Source: Perna viridis (Eukaryota). Taken from it: a DNA stretch of 64,000 bases. The notes below the pieces were generated by a model. The model saw only the letters and a program-made list of their open reading frames with translations, was not told where the DNA came from and did not search any database. Every line of letters starts with the position of its first letter. Position 1 is the first letter of the stretch. Both the position numbers and the translations under genes were made by a program. The DNA is taken from positions 26,002,704-26,066,703 of the forward strand of contig CM074521.1 in NCBI GenBank assembly GCA_037379345.1, read 5' to 3'. Below, piece by piece: positions 13,501-28,500 of this stretch.

Positions 13501-16500
13501 CCTTGGTTCGAGTAATACAACATAAAATCAACATCAATCATTTCCTCACAATGGGGAAATAATGGGAATGTTTTCCTTTAATTAAGATCTTTCTTTTATG
13601 CATTCAGTGTGTCTTACCTAATGTGGTTGTTCCAGCAGTAGTTGAAGCTGTTGATACTGGGGTAGGTGCTTGAATTAAACAAAAAAGTTTCAATTAAAAA
13701 CTGCTAAACTATTAACATGGAAAGTTAAAGAAAATAGGAAAACAATACCATTAATTTGCAATAAAAAATATTTCATACAGAACTGAAGATATATATATTG
13801 TTAATTATCGTTGAATTAACCCAAAAAAAATGTTCATTATCTTTAGTAGTTTTAACTTACACATAAAGAAAACTAAGGCTTACCTGTTCCAGGTGTGTAA
13901 CAAACTCTGAAGAAAAGACTGCTAATACTTGGTGGAGATGATGTATTAATCTTGGGTTTAACAGTTAAACGCAATGTAGTGGCTTCTTTCATATAGAGAT
14001 TCTGAGTGAAGGTTTCTGATGTTGTTTTGCCTTCAAATGTTTTCTACAATGAAACATACACTTGTTAAAAGAAGTAGTTCTCTCTTTTTTAAAATCCAGT
14101 GAAAACAAAAATATTAATTCTATAAATTATTACAAAAGAATAGCACATCATTGCAATCCTATAATCAAGTAAACACATCTAAAATTACATTGTTTATACA
14201 CCTGTATAAATCAAAGGGACAGCCCGATAAGACAACTTACTGAGCAAAGAGACATTAATGCCAACTTTAAAAGCATCCTAACATATAATAGACAAGATTC
14301 ATTGCTAAATGTTAAGAATAAACAAGATTCCACCAGAAAATTGTAATTCCATCTCAATCAATCACTCCAAAAAAAAATAAATTAAAAGTATATCAAAACA
14401 TATCTAATTACAAAACATTTCAACTCAAAGAAGTCAACAGCAATATTTCTGTCAAAAACTATTAAAACAAATCATATTAAAGAAAAATAACCAATCTTTA
14501 TTTAACTTCAACCAATTAAATTCTCAAAGCAGTTTAAAAAAAAAATATCAAGAAGACTAAATGACGTGGACTAATGGGCAAGCACACTTTAGTATATACA
14601 GCTTATATTCTAAAGGCTTCAATCAATAGCAGATTAATATATCAATACTAGACTTACTGTATTTTCTGATACAATTTGGTCATTTTCATCAATTAGAGTA
14701 TAAGTAATCTTTTCGATGTTTACAACATTCAATGAAAGATCAACAAACGCCACTGGATTGTTATTGCCATTGACAGTGTATTCTATAACACTTCCACCCT
14801 CATTTGGTTCCCAAGACTGACTTGAACCTTCAAAAGCGTTCAAAACTTCTTCTCCGGGTTTGTTGTTCGTCACAGATACTTCAAGATCCTTGTCATCTTT
14901 CTTGCTGAAGTCAAAGGTTACTGGGTTCTCACACACAGCTGAATCATTAGATAGAAGTAACGCTTTTGAGACTGATATTACATATAGCACTGTATACATA
15001 AATTGTATATTCAAGCATGTTCATAATACATACAGTTTATTATGATGCTCCATAAAGAATATTTTTAAGTTCTGAAACAGATATATTGTGATGTATCCAT
15101 TTCTGTTGCTTCTATGGACCATTCAAATAAACAAAAAATTGAAATATAAATTTTCAACTTAAAATTTGAATATCAAATGAAAACCATGAATGTGTATTGA
15201 AAACTTAAAAATACAATTTTGGCACACCAAAAATATGTGTGAAATCTCAATATAAAGTTATTTAAGAAATAGCCAGAAATTTACTGAAGCAATTTTACTA
15301 TATTTTCATTCATGATGTCAACAGTAGACCAAACGAAACTCATTATCATATTTAAATACTGTTATGAGCAGTTTTGCCCATGTGATAATAGCTATTTTAT
15401 TCAGATTTGACTATACTATTGAAAGATGTAATATTGATTCTAGTTAACAAATATTGACTAATAATAACCCTATTGCAAGGTTGTAAAGATTGGTATGGCA
15501 GTCATGGTTTGAAATGTAAGAAAAAATTCAATGATTCTTTGTCGTCACATTTTAGAGTTATTCTACTTCTGTATGACTGAAATGGTTTGAATACAAGATT
15601 AAGAGTAATAAATTCAGATTCTTATATTTCAATGAATTCCACACTACCTGGTGTTGTTGCTGTAGTTGTTTCTGTAGTAGTTGGAACAGTCGTAGCCACA
15701 GAAGTTGTAACCAAAGGAGTAGTGGTGCCTAGAAAAAAGTGTTATCATTATAAAAATGATTGATAATTAATATCAAATAATAACATTTTGCATAACGAAA
15801 GTCTTGTTTCATGTCTGAGATATAAATTTTAAAATCGTATCCTTATATTTTTCAGCAATTTCTGTACGTTAGTTGATTCTATCAAGCTTTCTAATTAACA
15901 AGAAAGGTTGGGGTCTTCAATCTAATTTTTTTTCAATTGGAACTTTTAACTTAATACTTGCTAAAAGTTCTTGTCAGTCATGTTTGTTTTATCTAAAATT
16001 CCAAGCACATAAAATCTAAAAAGGATTTATTCCATTTCATTTTTGAAACGTACATTCAATGAAATTGATATTTCAAATGGCCACTCCAACCAACTGACAA
16101 GGTTGTTAATTTCAATATTTGAAGTAAAATATTTCAACTGTTGTTATGGTTAAACAATACTGAAAATGGGAGGACAAAGAATAAAGCAAAAATAGCATTT
16201 TGTTGTAAAAAGTGTGACAATGCAAGAAATAGTATATAAATATATCATGATGCATGAAAAGGACAAATACTAATAAAATTATATTATTAAACTATAATAA
16301 AAATCATATTATGTTGCTATCCTGGAAACCTTTTCCCTCAGGTATTCAAACTGCACAATGAGAATCAATTTGTTCAACGTGTCATATACTTTCTGTCCTT
16401 TTTTCGTCTACTCATATGTAACATTTTATAAACAACCTTGTAGGTGTTTCTAGAAAAGCAGAGGACAATCACTTTAGTGGAGTCTGGGTTTCCCATTTAC

Positions 16501-19500
16501 TTTTGTTTCTTTGTGTTTTTCCGACGCAGTTGGTATAGATTAGCTTTTTACCCTTTGACCTTAAGGACGCTTTTCCTTGGAAACACAAGTTACCTGATAG
16601 CAAATCTCTTTCCCGATTAGCAAAATACTTATAACTTAGTGGCGTTAAAAAAAATGGTATAGAAAATTTGAAATTGCATTCGAAAAAACTATATCGAAAA
16701 TTTGAAATTGCGTGTCATGTTATTTTCTTGAAAAAAATGTAGAAATTTAGAAGTAAAATTTTACTGCGTCGGCTATCTTTTAGTACTTTTTTTTATTTCA
16801 TGATCATTGTTGTGTGTGCCTGTTTCCCCTTGCTTATCTTTAACCTTGAAATATATTATTTTGATTTTTCTTGGATCCTTTAATTACTGCATTCTTCTGT
16901 GAAAATCATGCAGTTATGTTTTTATAACCATGTTTGAAAATATTAAAAAATTCATATTGTTTTCCCCATGGAAAATTACTTATACCTGTAGTGAAACAAG
17001 CTCTGACTTCAAGATCTAGTTGATAATCTTTAACAATGTCTACTTTGTTGAGAACTTCAATAACAAGTCCCACTGCTATTGTTCCAGCTTCAAATATTAC
17101 TTGTTCATCTCCACTGAAAATCTGAAATTTAATATAAATACAGTTACTTATACTAGGTTAAACATATTTCTTCCTTAATCTTGCCTAGCTCTCTATGATG
17201 GTCTACCTAAGAAGTATATTTTTATGCTTTTAAAACTTCAGCTTTTTAACATGTTATCAATAACTTTTAGGCCTTTCATAATTTCAAAATATTTTAGTAT
17301 AATGGGCAAGATATTCATCCATCTGACAGCGCCACCTCTCACATCTACCAATTATGCAGCAAGTTTTCATTAATTTTTACGTAAGGAAAGGAAGAAAAAG
17401 ATTTTAATATATGGAAACCTGCAAAACAAAACTCTGAATAAGCTAAAAAAAACTTGTCTTTCCCGGAGATATTCTGAAGATTTGAAATTGTGAAAACAGA
17501 AGAATATTATTTATATTACTAGTACATTCATTTTTCCCACATTCAAATAAGGCCAAATAAAATTGATAAATTACTTTTCAATGTCTAAATGTTACTGTTT
17601 TATTTTTACTTTTAAAATAATATCATTACAATCAAAATAAAAAAACAATACCAATCAGGTATACATTGTAAATTTTGGTATATGCTGTACGCATGTTTTA
17701 GGAGTAGCCTCTCATCAGAAGGTTACTCATATTATTATATTTTTCAGTCAAAGCATAATATAAATAACCCATAAAAATAATACTGCTTAGCATTTTTGTT
17801 TGCATTGAAACATATGTGTCTTTAAAATGAACAGCATGAACTGTGTTTTCATTAATATGAGATAATCTGGTTCAAAAAGATTGTATATGGTATGGTGTTT
17901 ATTCTTTTTGTTTGTGTTTTGCTGACCATGTTTCAGTAGTTGTTTCAGCTTCAAAAGTTTGAGTCACAAATATCAGATTCTGTTTAAACTAATGAAATTT
18001 GATTTTTTAATTAACGATATTTGGGAATTCATTCTTTAAGATGATTGACAATAATCTAATTGAAAATTAACCTTTAATGTGGCTCATATTCATGAATCTG
18101 TTTTTTTTTATATAGTTTTAATATTCTAGAAAATATTTTGAGTTTAATATGAATATATTTTGAGTTTACTCAGACCTTTCCTAAAAACAAAAAAAAAATA
18201 TATTCATTTTGTCTTATGACATGACTTTAAGTAGGATAATAATAAATGTTTATATACATTCCCAATAAACATTTCCTATGTAGATATTTGTATGTTCTAC
18301 ACTACTTGGTAATAGCCAAATGATTAAAAAGAAAAATGTCAACAATACTCTTTAAATATATATTCCTACTCCCCCATTCAATAAAATGCACATTTTATTT
18401 CCAAATTGATTTGGATCAAAATCTTAAATATAAGGTGCACAATGAGAATATGAAATAACGATTCTGAAAAAAAGTTTCATTAAATTCAATTGAGTGGTGT
18501 AAGTAGAGTAATGGATAGATATGGATAACCCTATGTTTCATTAAATTCAATTCAGTGGTGTAGGAGGAGTAATACGAGATGGGTACTCCTCTGTGCAGTG
18601 GAATGAAGGATAGACGGACACCTATATCACTTTGCAAATGGGAGTATAAACATCTAATTTTCTATTATTTGCAAACCCAGGAAATAATTACAATTTTAAA
18701 ACACAGGTTGAACTTTTCCATCATAGACCTGTTGACATACTCCTAGTCATTTTAACAAGTAGACAATCTAATTAGGAAGTATCATGAACGATTTCAGTTC
18801 ACTCGACTGAAAGAACTTGAAAAGAATGGGCAAAAATGAAACTTTTGGTTTAACATACCTCTCCATTTTTGTATTCAACTACTGGTTTGCCTTCTTCAGG
18901 TATAAGTGATATTTTAAAGTTGCCAACATTATTAACACTATTTGGGTTCAAAAACTTAGTAGCACCAAGCTCGGTTTTGGCTCCAAATCCAATTGTGATT
19001 GTAGCGGTATTATCAGAAACAGTAAATGGTTCGTCTCCTGGACGCAAGTTCTCTTCATTACCAGGCTTATCAACAGAAATATCGGGAATCAAAGCAGGAT
19101 TCTGCATTCCTTCTTCACTGGTACATAAATTTATAACCGTAGTAGTTGGAGGAGCAGTACTTGTGCTTTGAACTAGAAAATAAAATAAAATTGATTACAA
19201 CTGCTAGATTTATTGTTTTCATTAGTTTTGCTTCGTCTTGTTCTGTTTCAATCTTTTTTCAAGCTATTTTGTTTTTTTTGTATTATTATATACTAATACA
19301 ATACATCTGAAATAAACCACATAGTCACAAAATAACCTATTATGTATGGAATTAACATAACCTTAAAACTTGTTCAATAAAGCGATCTTATAATCACACA
19401 AACAAGAATCTTCAGTTGATATATAAGGAAATAGATCAAACATAATCTTTTGGTCAACAAGACTTTCTGCAAAAGATGGGGGAAAAATGAAGGTGCTGAA

Positions 19501-22500
19501 AATAGTCCCGTAGTGAACATGGTCTGATTAGTAGATCCATATGCAGTACCCTGTGTGGTAATTTAATCTGTTGTACCAGATGTAGTACCTTGTGTAGTTG
19601 TTGGTGGAACAGTGGTACCTGATGTTGTCTGGCTAGCTGTTGTACCAGATGTAGTACCTTGAGTTGTTGTTGGAGCAGGGGTACCAGATGTTGTCTGGCT
19701 AGCTGTTGTACCAGATGTAGTTCCTTGTGTAGTTGTTGGTGGAGCAGGGGTACCAGATGTTGTCTGGCTAGCTGTTGTACCAGATGTAGTACCTTGTGTG
19801 GTTGGTGGAGCAGTAGTTCCTGATGTTGATAGACTTATTGTTGTTTCTGATGTGGATTGACTTGTTGATCCTGTTGGTGGTGGTGGAGGTGTTGTCTGCC
19901 CAGTTGAAGAACCTACAGAAGTATAAAGTAATTCTCTTGATTTTGTATGACAATTCTAACTGCAGGTATTATTTCATATGCATTGCATTGCAGAATGGAT
20001 GTGTGTCATGGTGTCTTCACGTGGGATCACTCAGAAATATTAGGAAGACAGCTTTGGAAGATGAATTTTTATACATCACTGAATGAGAAAAACACCCATT
20101 TTATGTTATTGGCACAGCACACTCTAGGAAGACATAGTTTACTAATCAATTACGTACAGTTTCATTCAACTTTTTTTTTATTTTGGTATGCAACATTGGG
20201 TGTAGCATTTGCAGATCCTTGCTACACATTTGCATTGTTACTTGAAAGTCTATGCCAACACAAAAATGGCATAAAAACAAACAAAGTAAGTATTATTACA
20301 TTTAAGACGATTTTTTTAAAAATAGAACAAAAATGAATCACACAATCATACAGAATACTGAAAAAAAAACATAAGTTTTTATTCTTAGAAAATCAAGAAA
20401 TTTTACATTAGGATTAAAAAGATACTTCTTATAAAGTTTATAGTCGATCATCCAAATTGATTATCCACAACAGAAAATGTGACCTCAACATCTATCGCAT
20501 AATTTGATACACTTCCATTTTATTAGATTCTGTTTTTTTGAATATTTTAACACTTCAAATTAAAGAAGCTGAAACTGTTTTGTGAGAAAACATAATGCTA
20601 TGTAAACATGCATACCTCTGAAAATATGTAACAATATTCATTAAGGCAACCATGTAAAGACAACCATTTTTATCATTATTACTCACATAAATTGAAACAA
20701 GTGCATACTAAAAGTTACCGGTAATATCATAACAACTCCTTTCTAAAATTTCAATAAAACAGTAGCAAATTCGAAACTTTAGATCAAGTTAAGCAACCTA
20801 AAATTTAATAAAAACAAAGTTTCAATTGAACATTCGAATTGAAACAAAGCAGTAGGCTAAAGTACCAGTAGATTGTGTTCCAATTGTAGTAGTTCCTGTA
20901 GGTGTTTGGCCAGTAGGTGGAACTGTGGTGCCAGACGTTGTCGTACTAACTGTTGAACCAGATGTAGTTCCTTGTGTAGTTGTTGGTGGAACAGTGGTAC
21001 CTGATGTTGTCTGGCTAGCTGTAGTCCCAGATGTAGTTCCTTGTGTAGTTGTTGGTGGTACAGTGGTACCTGATGTGGTCTGGCTAGCTGTAGTACCAGA
21101 TGTAGTACCTTGTGTAGTTGATGGAGAAGCAGGGGTACCAGACGTAGTCTGGCTTACTGTTGAACCAGATGTAGTAATTGGTGTAGTTGATGGTGAAGCA
21201 GGGATACCAGATGTTGTCTGGCTAGCTGTAGTCCCAGATGTAGTTCCTTGTGTAGTTGTTGGTGGAACAGTGGTACCTGATGTTGTCTGGCTAGCTGTAG
21301 TCCCAGATGTAGTTACTTGTGTAGTTGTTGGTGGAACAGTGGTACCTGATGTTGTCTGGCTAGCTGTTGTACCAGATGTAGTACCTTGAGTTGTTGTTGG
21401 AGCAGGAGTACCTGATGTTGTCTGGCTACCTGTTGTACCAGCTGTAGTTACTTGTGTAGTTGTTGGTGGAACAGTGGTACCTGATGTTGTCTGGCTAGCT
21501 GTAGTCCCAGAGGTAGTAATTTGTGTAGTTGTTGGTGGAACAGTGGTACCTGATGTGGTCTGGCTAGCTGTGGAACCAGATGTAGTACCTTGTGTAGTTG
21601 ACGGAGAAGCAGGGGTACCAGATGTTGTCTGGCTAGCTGTAGTCCCAGATGTAGTTACTTGTGTAGTTGTTGGTGGAACAGTGGTACCTGATGTTGTCTG
21701 GCTAGCTGTAGTACCTTGAGTTGTTGGTGGAACAGTGGTACCAGATGTTGTCTGGCTAGCTGTTGTACCAGATGTAGTACCTTGAGTTGTTGTTGGAGCA
21801 GGAGTACCTGATGTGGTCTGGCTAGCTGTTGTACCAGATGTAGTACCTTGAGTTGTTGTTGGAGCAGGAGTACCTGATGTTGTCTGGCTACCTGTTGTAC
21901 CAGCTGTAGTTACTTGTGTAGTTGTTGGTGGAACAGTGGTACCTGATGTTGTCTGGCTAGCTGTTGTACCAGATGTAGTACCTTGTGTGGTTGGTGGAGC
22001 AGTAGTTCCTGATGTTGATAGACTTACTGTTGTTTCTGATGTGGATTGACTTGTTGATCCTGTTGGTGGTGGTGGAGGTGTTGTCTGCCCAGTTGAAGAA
22101 CCTACAGAAGTGTAAAGTAATTCTCTTGATTTTGTATGACAATTCTAACTGCGTGTATGATTTCATATGCATTGCATTGCAGAATGAATGTGTGTCATGG
22201 TGTCTTCACTTGGGATCGCTCACAAATATTAGGAGGACAACTTTGGAAGATGAATTTTTATACATCACTGAATGAGAAAAACACCCATTTTATGTTATTG
22301 GCACAGCACACTCCAGGAAGACATAGTTTACTAATCAATTACGTACAGTTTCATTCAACTTTTTTTTTATTTTGGTATGCAACATTGGGTGTAGCATTTG
22401 CAGATCCTTGCTACACATTTGCATTGTTACTTGAAAGTCTATGCCAACACAAAAATGGCATAAAAACAAAGAAAGTAAGTATTATTACATTTAAGACGAT

Positions 22501-25500
22501 TTTTTTTTTTTAAAATAGAACAAAAATGAATCACACAATCATACAGAATACTGAAAAAAAAAACATAAGTTTTTATTCTTAGAAAATCAAGAAATCTTAC
22601 ATTAGGATTAAAAAAAGATACTTATTGTAAAGTTTATAGTCGATCATCCAAATTGCTTATCCACAACAGAAAATATGACCTCAACATCTATCGCATAATT
22701 TGATACATTTCCATATTATTAGATTCTGGTTTTTTGAATATTTTTGCACTTCAAATTAAGGAAGCTTAAACTGTTTTGAGAGAAAACTTGATGCTATGTA
22801 AATATGCATACCTCTGAACATATGTAACAATATTCATTAAGGCAACCATGTAAAGACAACCATTTTTATCATTATTACACGCATAAATTAAAACAAGTGC
22901 ATACTAAAAGTTACCGGTAATATCATAACAACTCGTTTCTAAAATTTCAATAAAACAGTAGCAAATTCAAAACTTTAGATCAAGTTAAGCAACCTAAAAT
23001 TTAATAAAAACAAAGTTTCAATTGAACATTCAAATTGAAACAAAGCAGTAGGCTAAAGTACCAGTAGATTGTGTTCCAATTGTAGTAGTTCCTGTAGGTG
23101 TTTGGCCAGTAGGTGGAACTGTGGTGCCAGACGTTGTCGTACTAACTGTTGAACCAGATGTAGTTCCTTGTGTAGTTGTTGGTGGAACAGTGGTACCTAA
23201 TGTGGTCTGGCTAATTGTGGAACCAGATGTAGTACCTTGTGTAGTTGACGGAGAACCAGAGGTACCAGATGTTGTCTGGCTTACTGTTGAACCAGATGTA
23301 GTAATTGGTGTAGTTGATGGAGTAGCAGGGGTACCAGACGTTGTCTGGCTAGCTGTAGTCCCAGATGTAGTAACTTGTGTAGTTGTTGGTGGAACAGTGG
23401 TACCTAATGTGGTCTGGCTAATTGTGGAACCAGATGTAGTACCTTGTGTAGTTGACGGAGAACCAGAGGTACCAGATGTTGTCTGGCTAGCTGTAGTCCC
23501 AGATGTAGTTACTTGTGTAGTTGTTGGTGGAACAGTGGTACCTGATGTTGTCTGGCTAGCTGTTGTACCAGATGTAGTACCTTGAGTTGTTGTTGGAGCA
23601 GGGGTACCAGATGTTGTCTGGCTAGCTGTTGTACCAGATGTAGTTCCTTGTGTAGTTGTTGGTGGAGCAGGGGTACCTGATGTGGTCTGGCTAGCTGTTG
23701 TACCAGATGTAGTTCCTTGTGTAGTTGTTGGTGGAGCAGGGGTACCAGATGTTGTCTGGCTGGCTGTTGTACCAGATGTAGTACCTTGTGTGGTTGGTGG
23801 AGCAGTAGTTCCTGATGTTGATAGACTTATTGTTGTTTCTGATGTGGATTGACTTGTTGATCCTGTTGGTGGTGGTGGAGGTGTTGTCTGCCCAGTTGAA
23901 GAACCTACAGAAGTGTAAAGTAATTCTCTTGATTTTCTATGACAATTCTAACTGCATGTATTACTTCATATGCATTGCATTGCAGAATGGATGTGTGTCA
24001 TGGTGACTTCACTTGGGATCACTCAGAAATATTAGGAAGACAGCTTTGGAAGATGAATTTTTATACATCACTGAATGAGAAAAACACCCATTTTATGTTA
24101 TTGGCACAGCACACTCTAGGAAAACATAGTTTACTAATCACTTACATATAGTTTCATTCAACTTTATTTTTATTTTTGGTATGTATAAAAAAGTTGTAGA
24201 AATGTTACTCACAAAAAATATAACTGTAGCATTTACAGATCCTTGTTATACATTTGCATTGTTACTTGAAAGTCTATGCCAACACCAAAATGGCATTAAA
24301 CAAATTAAAATATTATTATAGTTGAGATTTTTTTTAGGTACGTCTTTATTCTTAGCAAATCAAATACTCTTACATTTGGATTAAAAAGATACTTCTTATA
24401 AAGATTATAGTCTATTATAAATTGATTATCCACAACAGAAAATGTGACAACATCTATCGCATAATTTGCTACACTTCCATGTTATTCACATTATTCTGTT
24501 TTTTTTAATATTTTTGCACTTAAAATTAAGGAAGCTTCAACTCTGTTGTGAGAAAACTTAATGCTATGTAAACATGCATACCTCTGAACATATGTAACAA
24601 TATTCATTAAGACAACCATGTAAAGACAACCATTTTTATCATTATTACACACATAAATTAAAATATATGCATACTAAAAGTTACCGTAATATCATAACAA
24701 GTCATTCCTAAAATTTCTATGAGACAGTAGCAAATTCGAAACTTTAGATCAAGTTAAGCAACCTAAAATTTAATAAAAACAAAGTTTCAATTGAACATTC
24801 AAATTGAAAAAAGCAGTAGGCTAAAGTACCAGTAGATTGTGTTCCAATTGTAGTAGTTCCTGTAGGTGTTTGGCCAGTAGGTGGAACTGTGGTGCCAGAC
24901 GTTGTCATACTAACTGTTGAACCAGATGTAGTTCCTTGTGTAGTTGTTGGTGGAACAGTGGTACCTGATGTGGTCTGGCTAGCTGTAGTACCAGATGTAG
25001 TACCTTGTGTAGTTGATGGAGAAGCAGGGGTACCAGACGTTGTCTGGCTTACTGTTGAACCAGATGTAGTAATTGGTGTAGTTGATGGTGAAGCAGGGGT
25101 ACCAGATGTTGTCTGGCTAGCTGTTGTACCAGATGTAGTTACTTGTGTAGTTGTTGGTGGAACAGTGGTACCTGATGTTGTCTGGGTAGCTGTAGTCCCA
25201 GATGTAGTTCCTTGTGTAGTTGTTGGTGGAACAGTGGTACCTGATGTTGTCTGGCTAGCTGTTGTACCAGATGTAGTTCCTTGTGTAGTTGTTGGTGGAG
25301 CAGGGGTACCAGATGTTGTCTGGCTGGCTGTTGTACCAGATGTAGTACCTTGTGTGGTTAATGGAGCAGTTGTTACTGATGTTGTTTGACTTATTGTTGT
25401 TTCTGATGTGGATTGACTTGTTGATCCTGTTGGTGGTGGTGGAGGTGTTGTCTGCCCAGTTGTAGAACCTACAGAAGTATAAAGTAATTCTCTTGATTTT

Positions 25501-28500
25501 TTAGGATAATTCAAACTGCATGTGTAATTTCATATGCATTGCATTGCAGAATGGATGTGTGTCATGGTGACTTCACTTGGGATCGCTCAGAAATATTAAG
25601 GAAGACAGCTTTGGAAGATGAATTTTTATACATCACTGAATGAGAAAAACACCCATTTTATGTTATTGGCACAGCACACTCTAGGAAAACATAGTTTACT
25701 AATCACTTACATATAGTTTCATTCAACTTTATTTTTATTTTTGGTATGCATAAAAGAGTTGTAGAAATGTTATTCACAAAAAATATAACTGTAGCATTTA
25801 CAGATCCTCGTTATACATTTGCATTGTTACTTGAAAGTCTATGCCAACACCAAAACGGCATTAAACAAATTAAAATATTATTATAGTTGAGATTTTTTTT
25901 AGGTACGTCTTTATTCTTAGCAAATCAAATACTCTTACATTTGGATTAAAAAGATACTTCTTATAAAGATTATAGTCTATTATAAATTGATTATCCACAA
26001 CAGAAAATGTGACAACATCTATCGCATAATTTGATACACTTCCATGTTATTCACATTATTCTGTTTTTTTGAATATTTTTGCACTTAAAATTAAGGAAGC
26101 TTCAACTCTGTTGTGAGAAAACTTAATGCTATGTAAACATGCATACCTCTGAACATATGTAACAATATTCATTAAGACAACCATGTAAAGACAACCATTT
26201 TTATCATTATTACACACATAAATTAAAATATATGCATACTAAAAGTTACCGTAATATCATAACAAGTCATTCCTAAAATTTCTATGAGACAGTAACAAAT
26301 TCGAAACTTTAGATCAAGTTAAGCAACCTAAAATTTAATAAAAACAAAGTTTCAATTGAACATTCAAATTGAAAAAAGCAGTAGGCTAAAGTACCAGTAG
26401 ATTGTGTTCCAATTGTAGTAGTTCCTGTAGGTGTTTGGCCAGTAGGTGGAACTGTGGTGCCAGACGTTGTCGTACTAACTGTTGAACCAGATGTAGTTCC
26501 TTGTGTAGTTGTTGGTGGTACAGTGGTACCTGATGTGGTCTGGCTAGCTGTAGTACCTGATGTAGTACCTTGTGTAGTTGATGGAGAAGCAGGGGTACCA
26601 GACGTTGTCTGGCTTACTGTTGAACCAGATGTAGTAATTGGTGTAGTTGATGGTGAAGCAGGGGTACCAGATGTTGTCTGGCTAGCTGTTGTACCAGATG
26701 TAGTTACTTGTGTAGTTGTTGGTGGAACAGTAGTACCTGATGTTGTCTGGGTAGCTGTAGTCCCAGATGTAGTTCCTTGTGTAGTTGTTGGTGGAATAGT
26801 GGTACCTGATGTGGTCTGGCTAGCTGTTGTACCAGATGTAGTTCCTTGTGTAGTTGTTGGTGGAGCAGGGGTACCAGATGTTGTCTGGCTGGCTGTTGTA
26901 CCAGATGTAGTACCTTGTGTGGTTAATGGAGCAGTTGTTACTGATGTTGTTTGACTTATTGTTGTTTCTGATGTGGATTGACTTGTTGATCCTGTTGGTG
27001 GTGGTGGAGGTGTTGTCTGCCCAGTTGTAGAACCTACAGAAGTATAAAGTAATTCTCTTGATTTTTTAGGATAATTCAAACTGCATGTGTAATTTCATAT
27101 GCATTGCATTGCAGAATGGATGTGTGTCATGGTGTCTTCACTTGGGATCGCTCAGAAATATTAAGGAAGACAGCTTTGGAAGATGAATTTTTATACATCA
27201 CTGAATGAGAAAAACACCCATTTTATGTTATTGGCACAGCACACTCTAGGAAAACATGGTTTACTAATCACTTACATATAGTTTCATTCAACTTTATTTT
27301 TATTTTTGGTATGCATAAAAGAGTTGTAGAAATGTTATTCACAAAAAATATAACTGTAGCATTTACAGATCCTTGTTATACATTTGCATTGTTACTTGAA
27401 AGTCTATGCCAACACCAAAATGGCATTAAACAAATTAAAATATTATTGTAGTTGAGATTTTTTTTAGGAACGTCTTTATTCTTAGCAAATCAAATACTCT
27501 TACATTTGGATTAAAAAGACACTTCTTATAAAGATTATAGTCTATTATAAATTGATTATCCACAACAGAAAATGTGACAACATCTATCGCATAATTTGCT
27601 ACACTTCCATGTTATTCACATTATTCTGTGTTTTTGAATATTTTTGCACTTAAAATTAAGGAAGCATCAACTCTGTTGTGAGAAACTTAATGCTATGTAA
27701 ACATGCATACCTCTGAACATATGTAACAATATTCATTAAGACAACCATGTAAAGACAACCATTTTTATCATTATTACACACATAAATTAAAATATATGCA
27801 TACTAAAAGTTACCGTAATATCATAACAAGTCATTCCTAAAATTTCTATGAGACAGTAGCAAATTCGAAACTTTAGATCAAGTTAAGCAACCTAAAATTT
27901 AATAAAAACAAAGTTTCAATTGAACATTCAAATTGAAAAAAGCAGTAGGCTAAAGTACCAGTAGATTGTGTTCCAATTGTAGTAGTTCCTGTAGGTGTTT
28001 GGCCAGTAGGTGGAACTGTGGTGCCAGACGTTGTCGTACTAACTGTTGAACCAGATGTAGTTCCTTGTGTAGTTGTTGGTGGTACAGTGGTACCTGATGT
28101 GGTCTGGCTAGCTGTAGTACCAGATGTAGTACCTTGTGTAGTTGATGGAGAAGCAGAGGTACCAGACGTTGTCTGGCTTACTGTTGAACCAGATGTAGTA
28201 ATTGGTGTAGTTGATGGTGAAGCAGGGGTACCAGATGTTGTCTGGCTAGCTGTTGTACCAGATGTAGTTACTTGTGTAGTTGTTGGTGGAACAGTGGTAC
28301 CTGATGTTGTCTGGGTAGCTGTAGTCCCAGATGTAGTTCCTTGTGTAGTTGTTGGTGGAACAGTGGTACCTGATGTTGTCTGGCTAGCTGTTGTACCAGA
28401 TGTAGTTCCTTGTGTAGTTGTTGGTGGAGCAGGGGTACCAGATGTTGTCTGGCTGGCTGTTGTACCAGATGTAGTACCTTGTGTGGTTAATGGAGCAGTT

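Noticed and set aside
18475-18595. ~61-bp imperfect intronic duplication
   Set aside because: Two diverged copies only, with no coding or structural signal.
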